A stretch of DNA of 63,794 bases from an uncultured Acidaminococcales bacterium. GTDB taxonomy: Bacteria; Bacillota; Negativicutes; Acidaminococcales; JAISLQ01. The stretch's first letter is position 1. Each line of letters opens with the position of its first letter. The stretch covers positions 1 through 63,794 of the forward strand of contig CAZKFG010000004.1 of assembly GCA_964551985.1 (NCBI GenBank), read 5' to 3'. The notes beneath the pieces are model-generated. The model did no database searches, was not told the origin of the DNA, and saw only the letters and a program-made list of their open reading frames with translations. Positions 7,728-17,344 of this stretch are shown here, piece by piece. The position numbers were made by a program, and so were the translations under genes.

Positions 7728-10246
7728 TGTTATATATAATTTATGATATTATTGCAACTTTAATATTTATTTTTTGCATTATTCCTATATACATATATAG
7801 GTCATTTAGGGAAAAGGGTTTTCCTAAAAGATTTAGACAAAGTATGGGCTTTTTTCGCGATGAAGAAATAGTAGCTGTTGCAGGTAAAAATCCTATATGG
7901 ATACATGGTGCATCTGTTGGTGAAATTGTGGCAACAAGCCCTTTGGTCAAAGAAATAAGAAAAGCTTTTCCAGATGTACCAATAGTTGTGTCTGCCGTTA
8001 CAACAGGTGGTTATACTATGGCAAGACAAATCATTCCGGAAGCTGATGCAGTGATTTTTTTCCCGCTTGACATGCCATTTACCACAGGTATGGTCATAGA
8101 GCGTATACAACCGAGAATTTTTATGCCTGTCGAAACAGAGCTTTGGCCAAACTTTTTGCGCGATATTTATATGCGCGGTATTCCTGTTATGATGGTAAAT
8201 GGTCGTATAAGCGATAAAAGTGTTAAGACCTACAAATATCTTTATGGTATACTTGACGATATGTTAAAAAGCGTAGGTCGATTTTGTATGCAATCAAAAC
8301 TTGATGCTCAATATATAATGACACTAGGTGCGCCGCCAGAGAAGGTTATAATTACTGGCAATACTAAGTTTGACCAAACTTATGCAGAGGTTACAATAGA
8401 AGACAAACAAAAATTTCTATACGAGATGGGTATTGAAACAAGTAGCCCAATAATCGTTGCAGGTAGCACTCATCAAGGTGAAGAAAAAGAGCTTATTTCG
8501 GCATTTGCAAAAGTGAAAGAAAAACTTCCCAACTCTTGTCTTGTTATTGCACCGCGTAAACCTGGTAGATTAAATGAAATACAAGCTTTGGCAAAACAAG
8601 AGGGTTTTACTTGTGGTAAAAGATCTGTTTTGCTTGCTCAAACAAAACAAGAGCGTCAAACATATCCGATTATTTTAATAGATACTATAGGTGAACTTGG
8701 TCGTATTTATGCTATTGGTGATGTTGTTTTTGTTGGCGGTAGCTTGATACGTCATGGTGGACACAACGTTTTAGAACCTGCCGCACATGGTAAACCTATA
8801 ATTGTCGGCCCTAATATGTTTAACTTTAAAGATTCACATTCTTTGCTACTAAATAAAGGCGCTTGCGTTACTGTGCAAAATGGACGAGAGCTTACAGATG
8901 AGATTTTAAAAATTTTGTCTGATGATGCGCTAAGAGAAAAAATGGGTAGAGCGTCTTATGAAATTATTTGTGAAAATCGTGGCGCTGCAGTAAAAAGTAT
9001 TGATTATTTAAAGGAAATGCTACAAGGACCGATAGTGAAAAATCAGCCTCGTAATTATGAAATAAACAACTGGTTTACGGTAGAAGACACAGCTTTTACG
9101 CAGAAAATAACTTTTTATTTGTATCAACTTGTACATGGCAATGTTAAAAATGGCTGGGACATTATTAGCTTATCATTTTTAAGTGGCTTGTCTTTAGTTT
9201 ATGGGGTAGGTTTACAGCTAAAGCTTTTATCTTATAAAATTGGCATTTTTAGTACAAATAGATTGCCTTGTAAAGTAATAAGTTTGGGTAACATAACCTT
9301 AGGTGGTACTGGCAAAACACCAACAGCAAGGACTGTAGCTACAATGATTCAACAGATGGGCTATAAAGTAGCTGTGTTAAACAGAGGTTATAGAGCAAAC
9401 TGGGACAAACCTGTCGGAATTGTATCAGATGGTAAAAAAATATATATGACAGCTTATGAAGCTGGTGATGAAGCTTATTTACTTGCTAAACAGCTACCAG
9501 GAGTTCCTGTTATTATAGGTAAAGATAGGGCGGTAAGTGGTAAGTATGTAGCTAAAAATATGCAAGTAGATGTTATGATTATGGACGATGGTTACCAGCA
9601 CTGGCAATTGGCAAGAGATATTGACATTGTGCTTATTGATACTCTAAACATGTTTGGTAACAGCTGTCTTTTACCAAGAGGTACTCTAAGAGAACCTCTA
9701 TCACACTTATCAAGAGCTGATATGTTTTTACTTACTAAAGTCGACCAATCTCCAGATTATTCACACAGATATGTAAAAAATATTTTACACGAAAACAACC
9801 CTAATGCACTTGTTTTTGAAAGTGTGCATTTACCAAAATCTTTTGTTGAATTTACCCAATGGGTAAAAGGCGAACAAACAGCGCAATTACCAGTTAGAGA
9901 GTTGACAGGAAAATCGGCTATAGCTTTTTCGGCAATTGGAAATCCAGCCTCTTTTGAGCAGACAATAACTGATTTGGGGATTAATCTCGTAGAAACAATA
10001 AGATACCCTGACCATCACGATTATCTAATGCAAGAGCTGCATTATGTTTTAGAATGTGCAGAAGAAAAAAAAGCTGATGCCATTATAATTACTGAAAAAG
10101 ATGCGGTCAAAATTCCTAAAGAATTTTTAGAACTAGAACGCTCTTGTCCTTTATATGTTCTTTGTATTGAAGTTTTATTAGAAGACGAAAAAGGACTATT
10201 TAAAGAACGTTTGGCGAAAGCTTTATCGGAGGTTAAACATGCCTAA
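7727..10246 (+). CDS. Fused Kdo transferase (WaaA/KdtA, N-terminal ~430 aa) and tetraacyldisaccharide 4'-kinase (LpxK, C-terminal ~380 aa)
   Basis: WIHGASVGE..VTTGG (WaaA) and GNITLGGTGKTP..LNRGYR (LpxK) lie in one uninterrupted 839-codon ORF. GTG start overlaps the msbA stop. Confidence 0.85.
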   Translation: MLYIIYDIIATLIFIFCIIPIYIYRSFREKGFPKRFRQSMGFFRDEEIVAVAGKNPIWIHGASVGEIVATSPLVKEIRKAFPDVPIVVSAVTTGGYTMARQIIPEADAVIFFPLDMPFTTGMVIERIQPRIFMPVETELWPNFLRDIYMRGIPVMMVNGRISDKSVKTYKYLYGILDDMLKSVGRFCMQSKLDAQYIMTLGAPPEKVIITGNTKFDQTYAEVTIEDKQKFLYEMGIETSSPIIVAGSTHQGEEKELISAFAKVKEKLPNSCLVIAPRKPGRLNEIQALAKQEGFTCGKRSVLLAQTKQERQTYPIILIDTIGELGRIYAIGDVVFVGGSLIRHGGHNVLEPAAHGKPIIVGPNMFNFKDSHSLLLNKGACVTVQNGRELTDEILKILSDDALREKMGRASYEIICENRGAAVKSIDYLKEMLQGPIVKNQPRNYEINNWFTVEDTAFTQKITFYLYQLVHGNVKNGWDIISLSFLSGLSLVYGVGLQLKLLSYKIGIFSTNRLPCKVISLGNITLGGTGKTPTARTVATMIQQMGYKVAVLNRGYRANWDKPVGIVSDGKKIYMTAYEAGDEAYLLAKQLPGVPVIIGKDRAVSGKYVAKNMQVDVMIMDDGYQHWQLARDIDIVLIDTLNMFGNSCLLPRGTLREPLSHLSRADMFLLTKVDQSPDYSHRYVKNILHENNPNALVFESVHLPKSFVEFTQWVKGEQTAQLPVRELTGKSAIAFSAIGNPASFEQTITDLGINLVETIRYPDHHDYLMQELHYVLECAEEKKADAIIITEKDAVKIPKEFLELERSCPLYVLCIEVLLEDEKGLFKERLAKALSEVKHA

Positions 10247-10976
10247 ACAAAATATTTTATGCATAATTCCAGCAAGGTATTCATCAACAAGATTGCCAGG
10301 CAAACCGCTTGCAGATATTGCTGGTAAGCCAATGATTTGGCATGTATATCAAAGATGTATAAAGGCAAATAATATTGATAAAGTTCTTGTAGCAACAGAT
10401 GATGCTAGAGTGTTTTCGGCGGTTGAAAAATTTTCTGGAAATGCTTGTATGACAAGCACTCATCATAAAAGTGGCACCGATAGATTAGCTGAAGTTGCAC
10501 AAATGCAACCAAAATTTGATATAATTGTCAATGTACAAGGTGATGAGCCACTAATAGATTTTAATCTTATTGATGATTTGGTCGATAGCTTGAAAAACGA
10601 TGATACAGCGGTTATGGCGACAGCAAAGACCGTCTTGAAAGAAGACGAATATGATGAACCATCGGTGGTGAAAGTTTTGACAGATGCCAACGACAATGCA
10701 CTATACTTTTCTCGTTCGCTCATTCCATATCCTCGTAATAAAGAAGAGTTTGTTGCCTATAAACATATTGGCATATATGCTTATAAAAGGGATTTTCTTC
10801 TTAAGTTTGCCAGTATGCCTCAAAGTACCTTAGAAAAAACAGAAAGTTTAGAGCAGTTAAGGGCATTAGAAAATGGTTATAAAATAAAAGTTATTACAAC
10901 AAATGCTATTTGCATTGGTGTAGATACTAAAGAAGATTTACAAAAAGTAAATGAGATAATTGCTAAGGAGTTATAA
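10239..10976 (+). CDS. kdsB: CMP-Kdo synthetase
   Basis: [17 protein letters not shown] and VNVQGDEP motifs. 245 aa. Confidence 0.92.
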   Translation: MPKQNILCIIPARYSSTRLPGKPLADIAGKPMIWHVYQRCIKANNIDKVLVATDDARVFSAVEKFSGNACMTSTHHKSGTDRLAEVAQMQPKFDIIVNVQGDEPLIDFNLIDDLVDSLKNDDTAVMATAKTVLKEDEYDEPSVVKVLTDANDNALYFSRSLIPYPRNKEEFVAYKHIGIYAYKRDFLLKFASMPQSTLEKTESLEQLRALENGYKIKVITTNAICIGVDTKEDLQKVNEIIAKEL

Positions 10977-11806
10977 TGAAAACGATAAAATTAGCGAATT
11001 TTGAAATTGGCGGGAAAAATCCTATAGTATTACTTGCTGGTCCTTGTGTTTTAGAGGATTTTGATAGAACTTTAATGATAGGTCAAACAATAAAGCAAAT
11101 AACTCAAAAACTTGGAATGCCATATATTTTTAAGGCGTCTTTTGACAAAGCTAATCGCTCGTCTTTTAAATCCTTTCGCGGTCCTGGATTTAAAGATGGT
11201 TTAAAGCAAATTGCTTTGATAAAAGAAAAATTACAAGTGCCTGTAGTAAGTGATATTCATGAGACTTCCCAAGCGCAAGAGGCGTCAGAGGTACTCGATA
11301 TTTTACAAATACCGGCATTTTTATGTCGTCAAACAGATTTGTTAAATGCTGCCGCTCAAACAGGGAAAATTGTCAATGTGAAAAAAGGACAGTTTTTAGC
11401 GCCTTGGGATATGAAAAATGTTATAAATAAAATACTTGAAACTGGCAACGAAAATATAATGCTAACAGAGCGTGGAGCAAGTTTTGGCTATAACACTCTT
11501 GTTACAGATATTCGTTCTTTGCCGATAATGCGAAGCTTAGGTTATCCTGTTGTTATGGATGCAACTCATAGTGTGCAAACACCAGGTGGTCAAGGAACTA
11601 CCTCTGGTGGTCAAAGCGAATATGTCCCGTTTATGGCAAGAGCTGCTGCGGCTGTTGGCATAGATGCTCTATTTTTAGAGGTTCATGATAATCCTAAAGA
11701 GGCTTTATCGGACGGCCCTAATATGGTAAAACTAGATGACTTGGAAGCTTTGTTAAAAGATGTTTTGGCTATCGACCAAATAATAAGCAAAAGTGGTTTA
11801 AAATAA
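10976..11806 (+). CDS. kdsA: Kdo-8-phosphate synthase
   Basis: [20 protein letters not shown] and [11 protein letters not shown] motifs. Confidence 0.92.
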   Translation: MKTIKLANFEIGGKNPIVLLAGPCVLEDFDRTLMIGQTIKQITQKLGMPYIFKASFDKANRSSFKSFRGPGFKDGLKQIALIKEKLQVPVVSDIHETSQAQEASEVLDILQIPAFLCRQTDLLNAAAQTGKIVNVKKGQFLAPWDMKNVINKILETGNENIMLTERGASFGYNTLVTDIRSLPIMRSLGYPVVMDATHSVQTPGGQGTTSGGQSEYVPFMARAAAAVGIDALFLEVHDNPKEALSDGPNMVKLDDLEALLKDVLAIDQIISKSGLK

Positions 11807-11822
11807 TTAGGAGTGAACTTAA

Positions 11823-12788
11823 ATGCTAGATTGCGCTAAAGAAGTATTGAAAATAGAGGCGGATGCTATATTGTCGTTAATCCCACGGTTAAATGACGAT
11901 TTTAAACAGGCAGTGCAAATGATGCTTGATTGCCATGGTCGAATTGTAATAACAGGGATGGGTAAGTCGGGTCTGATTGGACGCAAGATATCTGCAACTT
12001 TAGCAAGTACCGGTACGCCTTCGTTTTTTTTGCACCCTGCTGAAGGAGTGCATGGGGACTTGGGTATGGTTACAGCCAAAGATGTTGTTATTGGTATATC
12101 TAATAGTGGTGAAACAGCAGAATTACTACAGATTATGCCTTCTGTTAGAAGAATAGGAGCAAAGGTAATAGCGCTTTGCGGAAACAAAAATTCTACTTTA
12201 GCCAAAGTAGCTGATATATTCTTAGATGTCAAAGTTGAAAAAGAAGCTTGTCCGCTTGGCCTTGCGCCTACGACAAGTACTACTGCGACGCTTGCGTTTG
12301 GAGATGCACTAGCAATTTCTTTGCAATCAATGCGTGGTTTTTCTGCAAATGACTTTGCGGTATTTCATCCAGGTGGTTCGCTTGGTAAAAGACTACTTCT
12401 CACTGTTAAAGATGTAATGCATTCAGGGGATGATAATCCTCTTATTCATCAGGATAAAACGGTAAGAGAAGCTTTGTTTGTCATTACAGATAAAGGTCTT
12501 GGTGCTGTTGGCGTTATAGATGATAATGGCTGTATGCAAGGGATTTTAACTGATGGCGATGTAAGACGTGGTCTGGAAAAAGGCTACGAGTTTTTAGATT
12601 TGCCTGTTAAAAATCTAATGACGAAAACAGCAAAAACCATTACTCAGGATAAATTGGCAGCTCAAGCACTGCATATAATGGAGAGCAACAAGCCAAGACC
12701 AATTACAGTTTTGCCTGTTGTGGATAATGAAAAAAGAATAATTGGGCTACTGCATATGACTGACTTGGTTCGTCAAGGAGTGGTATAA
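11823..12788 (+). CDS. kdsD: Arabinose-5-phosphate isomerase (SIS + tandem CBS)
   Basis: GRIVITGMGKSG and GISNSGET (SIS domain), followed by a C-terminal CBS pair. 321 aa. Confidence 0.9.
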   Translation: MLDCAKEVLKIEADAILSLIPRLNDDFKQAVQMMLDCHGRIVITGMGKSGLIGRKISATLASTGTPSFFLHPAEGVHGDLGMVTAKDVVIGISNSGETAELLQIMPSVRRIGAKVIALCGNKNSTLAKVADIFLDVKVEKEACPLGLAPTTSTTATLAFGDALAISLQSMRGFSANDFAVFHPGGSLGKRLLLTVKDVMHSGDDNPLIHQDKTVREALFVITDKGLGAVGVIDDNGCMQGILTDGDVRRGLEKGYEFLDLPVKNLMTKTAKTITQDKLAAQALHIMESNKPRPITVLPVVDNEKRIIGLLHMTDLVRQGVV

Positions 12789-13309
12789 TGGTGGATATAA
12801 AAAACAAAGCAAAAAAAATAGTTTGTTTTGTTTTTGATGTAGACGGAACATTAACAGATGGGACTATTTATATAGGAAAAGATGGCGAGATGCAAAAAGC
12901 ATTTAATGTAAAAGATGGTTTTGCGATTTTTGCGGCTAGAAAATTAGGCTATAAAATGGCGATAATTACTGGCAGACAAAGCGAAATAGTATCTCGGCGT
13001 GCCCAAGAACTGGGCATTGAAAATGTTTATCAAGCAGTAAAAGATAAACTTGTAGCGTTAAATGATCTTTGCACAAAGCTTGATATTAAGCTAGAACAAA
13101 TCGCCTACATAGGTGATGATATAAATGATTTAAGAGTGATGAAAAATGCTGGATTTTCGGCTTGCCCTAGTGATGCAGTGGAAGAAATAAAGTGCAATGC
13201 AAATCTTATTACACCACAAAAAGGTGGTAGTGGCGCAGCTCGTTATGTTATTGAATTTGTTTTAAAAGAGCAAGGCAATTGGGAGAAAATAGTACAAACT
13301 TTTAGTTAA
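12788..13309 (+). CDS. kdsC: Kdo-8-phosphate phosphatase (HAD)
   Basis: FVFDVDGTLTDG and YIGDDINDL HAD motifs. 173 aa. Confidence 0.88.
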   Translation: MVDIKNKAKKIVCFVFDVDGTLTDGTIYIGKDGEMQKAFNVKDGFAIFAARKLGYKMAIITGRQSEIVSRRAQELGIENVYQAVKDKLVALNDLCTKLDIKLEQIAYIGDDINDLRVMKNAGFSACPSDAVEEIKCNANLITPQKGGSGAARYVIEFVLKEQGNWEKIVQTFS

Positions 13310-13321
13310 AAAGGTAGACAT

Positions 13322-14197
13322 GTGATTATGCAATATTATTTTTTTAGATTAATAGTAAAAATAGTGTCGCTTTTGCCATATCCTCTAGTGCTGGCATTAG
13401 GCAGATTTATTGGCGTTGTTTATTACAATTTAGTAAAAAAACAAGTCAATAGAGCACGCATAACCATTCAAGAACGTTTGCAGGTGTCCGAGCAAAAAGC
13501 TGATGAGATAACAAAATCCATGTGCAAGAATATTGGTATGAGTGCTATGGAAATTATGTACATGCCAGCTCTAAATAAAGATAATATTAGAAAATATGTG
13601 CACATAGAAAATGAAGATTTATTATGGCAAGCGGTAAATGAGAATAAAGGTGTAGTAATGTTAGCTATTCACATGGATAATTGGGAGTGGCTTGGTGCAG
13701 CGCTAGCTATGTATGGCTATCCTATAACAAGCTTTATCAAGCCACAGCCTAATGAAAGCGTAAATAAAATACTTCATTATTTAAGAGTAAATGCGGGTAT
13801 CGAACTATTTGAACGTGGTACAAATGAAATAATTGGCGCGGCAAGAGCACTAAAAAAAGGCAAAATGCTAGGATTTATTGCAGACCAAGACGGCGGGTAT
13901 GACGGAATTTTTGTGCCATTTTTAGGTAAATATGCCTCAACTCCAGCAGGGCCTGCTTATTTTGCTAAAAAATTCAAATCTCCAATAGTGCCGATTTTTA
14001 TTGTAAGAAATAAAAATGGTGGACATAAAACTATAATTTATGATTATTTTTATTATGAAGATACTGGCAACGAGAAACAGGATATGTATAACTGTACACT
14101 GAAGATGACACAAATTTTAGAAGACATAATAAAAAAATATCCAGATAACTGGCTATGGTTCCAAAAACGCTGGAATACGCCTTATCAAGAAGAATAA
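13322..14197 (+). CDS. Second lipid A late acyltransferase, LpxL/LpxM family paralogue
   Basis: Collinear with the 856-1728 protein (MQYY.. N-terminus, LNKDNI, HMDNWEW, ADQDGG). ATG 13328 is an alternative start. Confidence 0.72.
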   Translation: MIMQYYFFRLIVKIVSLLPYPLVLALGRFIGVVYYNLVKKQVNRARITIQERLQVSEQKADEITKSMCKNIGMSAMEIMYMPALNKDNIRKYVHIENEDLLWQAVNENKGVVMLAIHMDNWEWLGAALAMYGYPITSFIKPQPNESVNKILHYLRVNAGIELFERGTNEIIGAARALKKGKMLGFIADQDGGYDGIFVPFLGKYASTPAGPAYFAKKFKSPIVPIFIVRNKNGGHKTIIYDYFYYEDTGNEKQDMYNCTLKMTQILEDIIKKYPDNWLWFQKRWNTPYQEE

Positions 14198-14211
14198 AGG
14201 GGAGACATTGT

Positions 14212-14754
14212 ATGCTATTTTTAAAAAGACATAAATATATAATTTTAGCGGCAATATTTTTGTTAGCTACAATGTATTGGCTGATAGAAGGCGGTACTGT
14301 TAATGATAAAAAAATACAAACACCAAAAACGACACCTAATGCTATAATAAAAGAAGGAGAGCTATCAGAAGAAAAAAATGGTAAAAAAGTTTGGGAGCTA
14401 AAGGCGAAAACAATAGAGTTTGATAGTAACCAAAACCAAAGTAACCTTACAGACATAGTAGCTAAATTATATAGAGAAGATGGAACATATATAGATGTTA
14501 CTTCTAAAAATGGTATATACGATACCCAAAACAAGAAAATAACTTTACACGGTGATGTGCTGGCAGTTTACTCTCAAGGATGGACATTAAAATGTCAAAA
14601 GTTAGAATGGTCCCAGAGCGGTAAAACCATTGAAGCAAGTACAAATGTAGAGCTTGTTAAAGGTGATGTAGTAGCTTTGGGGGATAAAATTCAAACAGAT
14701 GATGATTTTAAACAGTTTAAACTTGCTGGTAATGCAGTAGTGGAAAGAAGGTAG
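14212..14754 (+). CDS. lptC: LptC-like LPS export protein (membrane-anchored)
   Basis: N-terminal TM (KYIILAAIFLLATMYW) and a beta-rich ~180 aa body, immediately upstream of lptA-lptB. ATG 14212 follows GGGGAG. The track start 14155 overlaps the upstream gene. Confidence 0.6.
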   Translation: MLFLKRHKYIILAAIFLLATMYWLIEGGTVNDKKIQTPKTTPNAIIKEGELSEEKNGKKVWELKAKTIEFDSNQNQSNLTDIVAKLYREDGTYIDVTSKNGIYDTQNKKITLHGDVLAVYSQGWTLKCQKLEWSQSGKTIEASTNVELVKGDVVALGDKIQTDDDFKQFKLAGNAVVERR

Positions 14755-14759
14755 ATTAA

Positions 14760-15500
14760 ATGATAAAAAAAATAACTCTTATAGCCTTTTTGATATGCTT
14801 ATTAACAATACCAACTATTTCAGCACAACCTCAAAAACCAGTTACTATAAAAGCCGATACAATAACTTATGATACAACAACAGGCATAAGTACTGCGACA
14901 GGAAATGTTGTTATAAATCAAGATGGTGGACAGGCAACGGCTAATTATGCTGAATACAACACAACAATGCAATCAGGATTTTTGTCAGGCAATGTTGTAA
15001 TTATTAAAGACGATGCCAAAATATACGCTAGCGAAGTATACCTTCGTACTAAAGATCATATGACCGCAGTTGGCAATGCTAAAGTGATAAAAGCAGGCGA
15101 TAGCATAACAGCCCCACAAATAGACTACTGGACACAAACCGAATTTGCCAAGACATCAGGCGGATGGGCGATGCTAGCTCAAGCAGATGGCAGTACTTTA
15201 TCGGCAGATTATATTGAATACAATGTCAAGACAGGTCAAGGATTAGGCGAAAAGAATGTAAAAATAAACGCGCCAGCGCGCAACCTAACAGGTGCAGGCG
15301 ATAAAGCTACATATATAGCTGATAATTCTGACAAAAAAGGTGAATTTATATTGACAGGCAATGCGTGGGTAATTCAAGACGGAAACAAAATAATTGGCAA
15401 CGAATTGATTGTCAAGAGTGACTCTAGTACAAGTCAAGCAAAAGGCAATGTAAGAGTCGATTTACAAACAAAAACAGTTGAACAAACAGATAAAAAGTAA
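14760..15500 (+). CDS. lptA: LptA-like periplasmic LPS transport protein (OstA N-terminal-type fold)
   Basis: Signal peptide ..TISAQP. Motifs ITADTITYD..TGNVVI and LTGNAWV..GN are repeated OstA-like strands. Confidence 0.7.
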   Translation: MIKKITLIAFLICLLTIPTISAQPQKPVTIKADTITYDTTTGISTATGNVVINQDGGQATANYAEYNTTMQSGFLSGNVVIIKDDAKIYASEVYLRTKDHMTAVGNAKVIKAGDSITAPQIDYWTQTEFAKTSGGWAMLAQADGSTLSADYIEYNVKTGQGLGEKNVKINAPARNLTGAGDKATYIADNSDKKGEFILTGNAWVIQDGNKIIGNELIVKSDSSTSQAKGNVRVDLQTKTVEQTDKK

Positions 15501-15513
15501 TAAAGGACTAGCG

Positions 15514-16233
15514 ATGTATATTCAAACAAAAGAACTAGTAAAAGCATTTAAAGGGCGTACAGTTGTTGATAATGTAAATATTGTTGTCCAACAAGGCACA
15601 ATCGTTGGACTTTTAGGTCCAAACGGTGCTGGAAAAACAACAACTTTTTACATGATTGTTGGTCTGATAAAACCAGATAGCGGTACGGTCGTGGTTGATG
15701 GACGCGACGTTACACATCTGCCAATGCACGAGCGGGCATTGGCTGGTATTGGTTATTTGCCTCAAGAGCCATCAATATTTAGAAAACTTACTGTCGAAGA
15801 AAATATCATGTCAATTTTGGAACTTACTCCTTCTTTACCGCATGAAAGACAAGAGAAAATGGATTCATTAATTAGTGAATTTAATGTCGAGCATATCCGC
15901 AAAAGAAAAGGCATGGAACTATCCGGTGGCGAAAGAAGACGGGTAGAAATTGCACGCTCACTCGCTAGCGATCCGTCTTTTATTTTACTTGACGAACCGT
16001 TTGCGGGGATTGACCCTATTGCTGTTATAGACATTCAACGCCTGATAGGGCATCTATCTAGTAGAGGAATTGGCGTTTTAATAACAGATCATAATGTTAG
16101 AGAGACCTTGAGAATTGTCAACCAAGCCTATATATTAAGCGAAGGTAAGATTCTAGTCTCTGGTGATGCTCAGATGATAGCGGAAAACCCCATAGCCAAA
16201 AAATTCTATCTTGGCGAAAACTTTAGCCTGTAA
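15514..16233 (+). CDS. lptB: LPS export ABC ATPase
   Basis: GLLGPNGAGKTTTF, LSGGERRRVEIAR and ILLDEPFAGIDP motifs. ATG 15514 gives the canonical ~240 aa length. Confidence 0.88.
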   Translation: MYIQTKELVKAFKGRTVVDNVNIVVQQGTIVGLLGPNGAGKTTTFYMIVGLIKPDSGTVVVDGRDVTHLPMHERALAGIGYLPQEPSIFRKLTVEENIMSILELTPSLPHERQEKMDSLISEFNVEHIRKRKGMELSGGERRRVEIARSLASDPSFILLDEPFAGIDPIAVIDIQRLIGHLSSRGIGVLITDHNVRETLRIVNQAYILSEGKILVSGDAQMIAENPIAKKFYLGENFSL

Positions 16234-16245
16234 TGGAGAAGTAGT

Positions 16246-17334
16246 ATGAGAATTTTAGACAAATACATATTAAAAGAATTAATAGGACCATTTCTCTTTG
16301 GGATATGTGCTTTTTCCAGCATATTTATCGCCAGTGGAGTGCTTTTTAGTTTGGTCAATCTAATAACCAAATTCTCACCGCCAATGCTAACAATAGTAAA
16401 GTTGTTTTTCTTATCTTTGCCAGAATTTGTCAACTATACATTTCCTATGGCAATGCTTTTAGCCTCTTTATTATCTTTTGGTAGATTATCAGGTTCTAGT
16501 GAAATAACTGCTATGAAATGCGGTGGTATAAGTTTTTATAGAATGACACTACCTGTGCTTATTTTCGCTTTTTTCGTCAGCATCTTTTCAATGATATTTG
16601 CCGAAAAAATAGTTCCAGCTTCAAAACTTTTGTATAGCCAAATCCTCTATCAAGATGTAATGAAAAACACAAAACCACGCTCGCAAGAACACATAGTCAT
16701 AAAAGATGTATCAGGCGGCGAAATAGAAAGATTGACCTACGCGAGGCGTTTTGAAGAAAAAGACGGCATAATGTATGGTGTGACAATTGAAGAATTTAAA
16801 AACGATAAACTTTTGCACGTACAAAATGCTGAAAAAGCCGTTTGGCAAAAAGATTCGTGGCTACTGGAAACTGGTATAGTCTACGACTTGACAGGTGATG
16901 ACGGTATAAGCAGAAGCGCCCAATTTAAACAACAAATATTGCCATTAAAACTAGACCCACGTCAAATTTCGCGTGATCAAAAAGATCCGAGTGAAATGTC
17001 AATAAAAGAACTCAAACAACAAATCCAATTTTTACAGCACCAATATGCACCAGTATCAAGACTGCAGATGGAAGTGTACCAACGTTTTACAATTCCACTG
17101 GCGTCGCTGGTTTTTGCTCTTATCGGTACACCGCTAGGACTGCAACCACAGCGCTCTAGTTCCTCTATTGGTCTGGGTCTTAGCATAATAATCATATTTG
17201 TTTATTATGCTGTTATGACACTTACAATGACACTTGGCAAAAATGGTAGTATGCCGCCACTAATTGCTGCGGCGACACCAGACGTGTTGGGACTTTTTGT
17301 GGGAATGCTTTTAATCAAAAAATTTGCTAAATAG
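16246..17334 (+). CDS. LptF/LptG-family LPS export permease (only copy in the window)
   Basis: MRILDKYILKE start typical of YjgP/YjgQ. Three TM helices, a ~130 aa periplasmic domain, then three more TM helices. 362 aa. Confidence 0.8.
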   Translation: MRILDKYILKELIGPFLFGICAFSSIFIASGVLFSLVNLITKFSPPMLTIVKLFFLSLPEFVNYTFPMAMLLASLLSFGRLSGSSEITAMKCGGISFYRMTLPVLIFAFFVSIFSMIFAEKIVPASKLLYSQILYQDVMKNTKPRSQEHIVIKDVSGGEIERLTYARRFEEKDGIMYGVTIEEFKNDKLLHVQNAEKAVWQKDSWLLETGIVYDLTGDDGISRSAQFKQQILPLKLDPRQISRDQKDPSEMSIKELKQQIQFLQHQYAPVSRLQMEVYQRFTIPLASLVFALIGTPLGLQPQRSSSSIGLGLSIIIIFVYYAVMTLTMTLGKNGSMPPLIAAATPDVLGLFVGMLLIKKFAK

Positions 17335-17344
17335 GAGGTAGACA

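Noticed and set aside
11819-12232. 137-aa minus-strand ORF
   Set aside because: It is antisense to kdsD, whose SIS motifs are unambiguous.
14155-14211. Upstream-extended starts given by the ORF track (also 15478, 23996, 34377, 40208, 51148, 37192, 53813, 59677)
   Set aside because: The extensions overlap upstream genes or terminators and lack an SD. In-frame ATG/TTG codons with properly spaced GGAG-type SDs give protein N-termini that match family expectations.
14031-14534. 167-aa minus-strand ORF
   Set aside because: It is antisense to the lpxL paralogue/lptC junction, has no RBS and has a biased composition.
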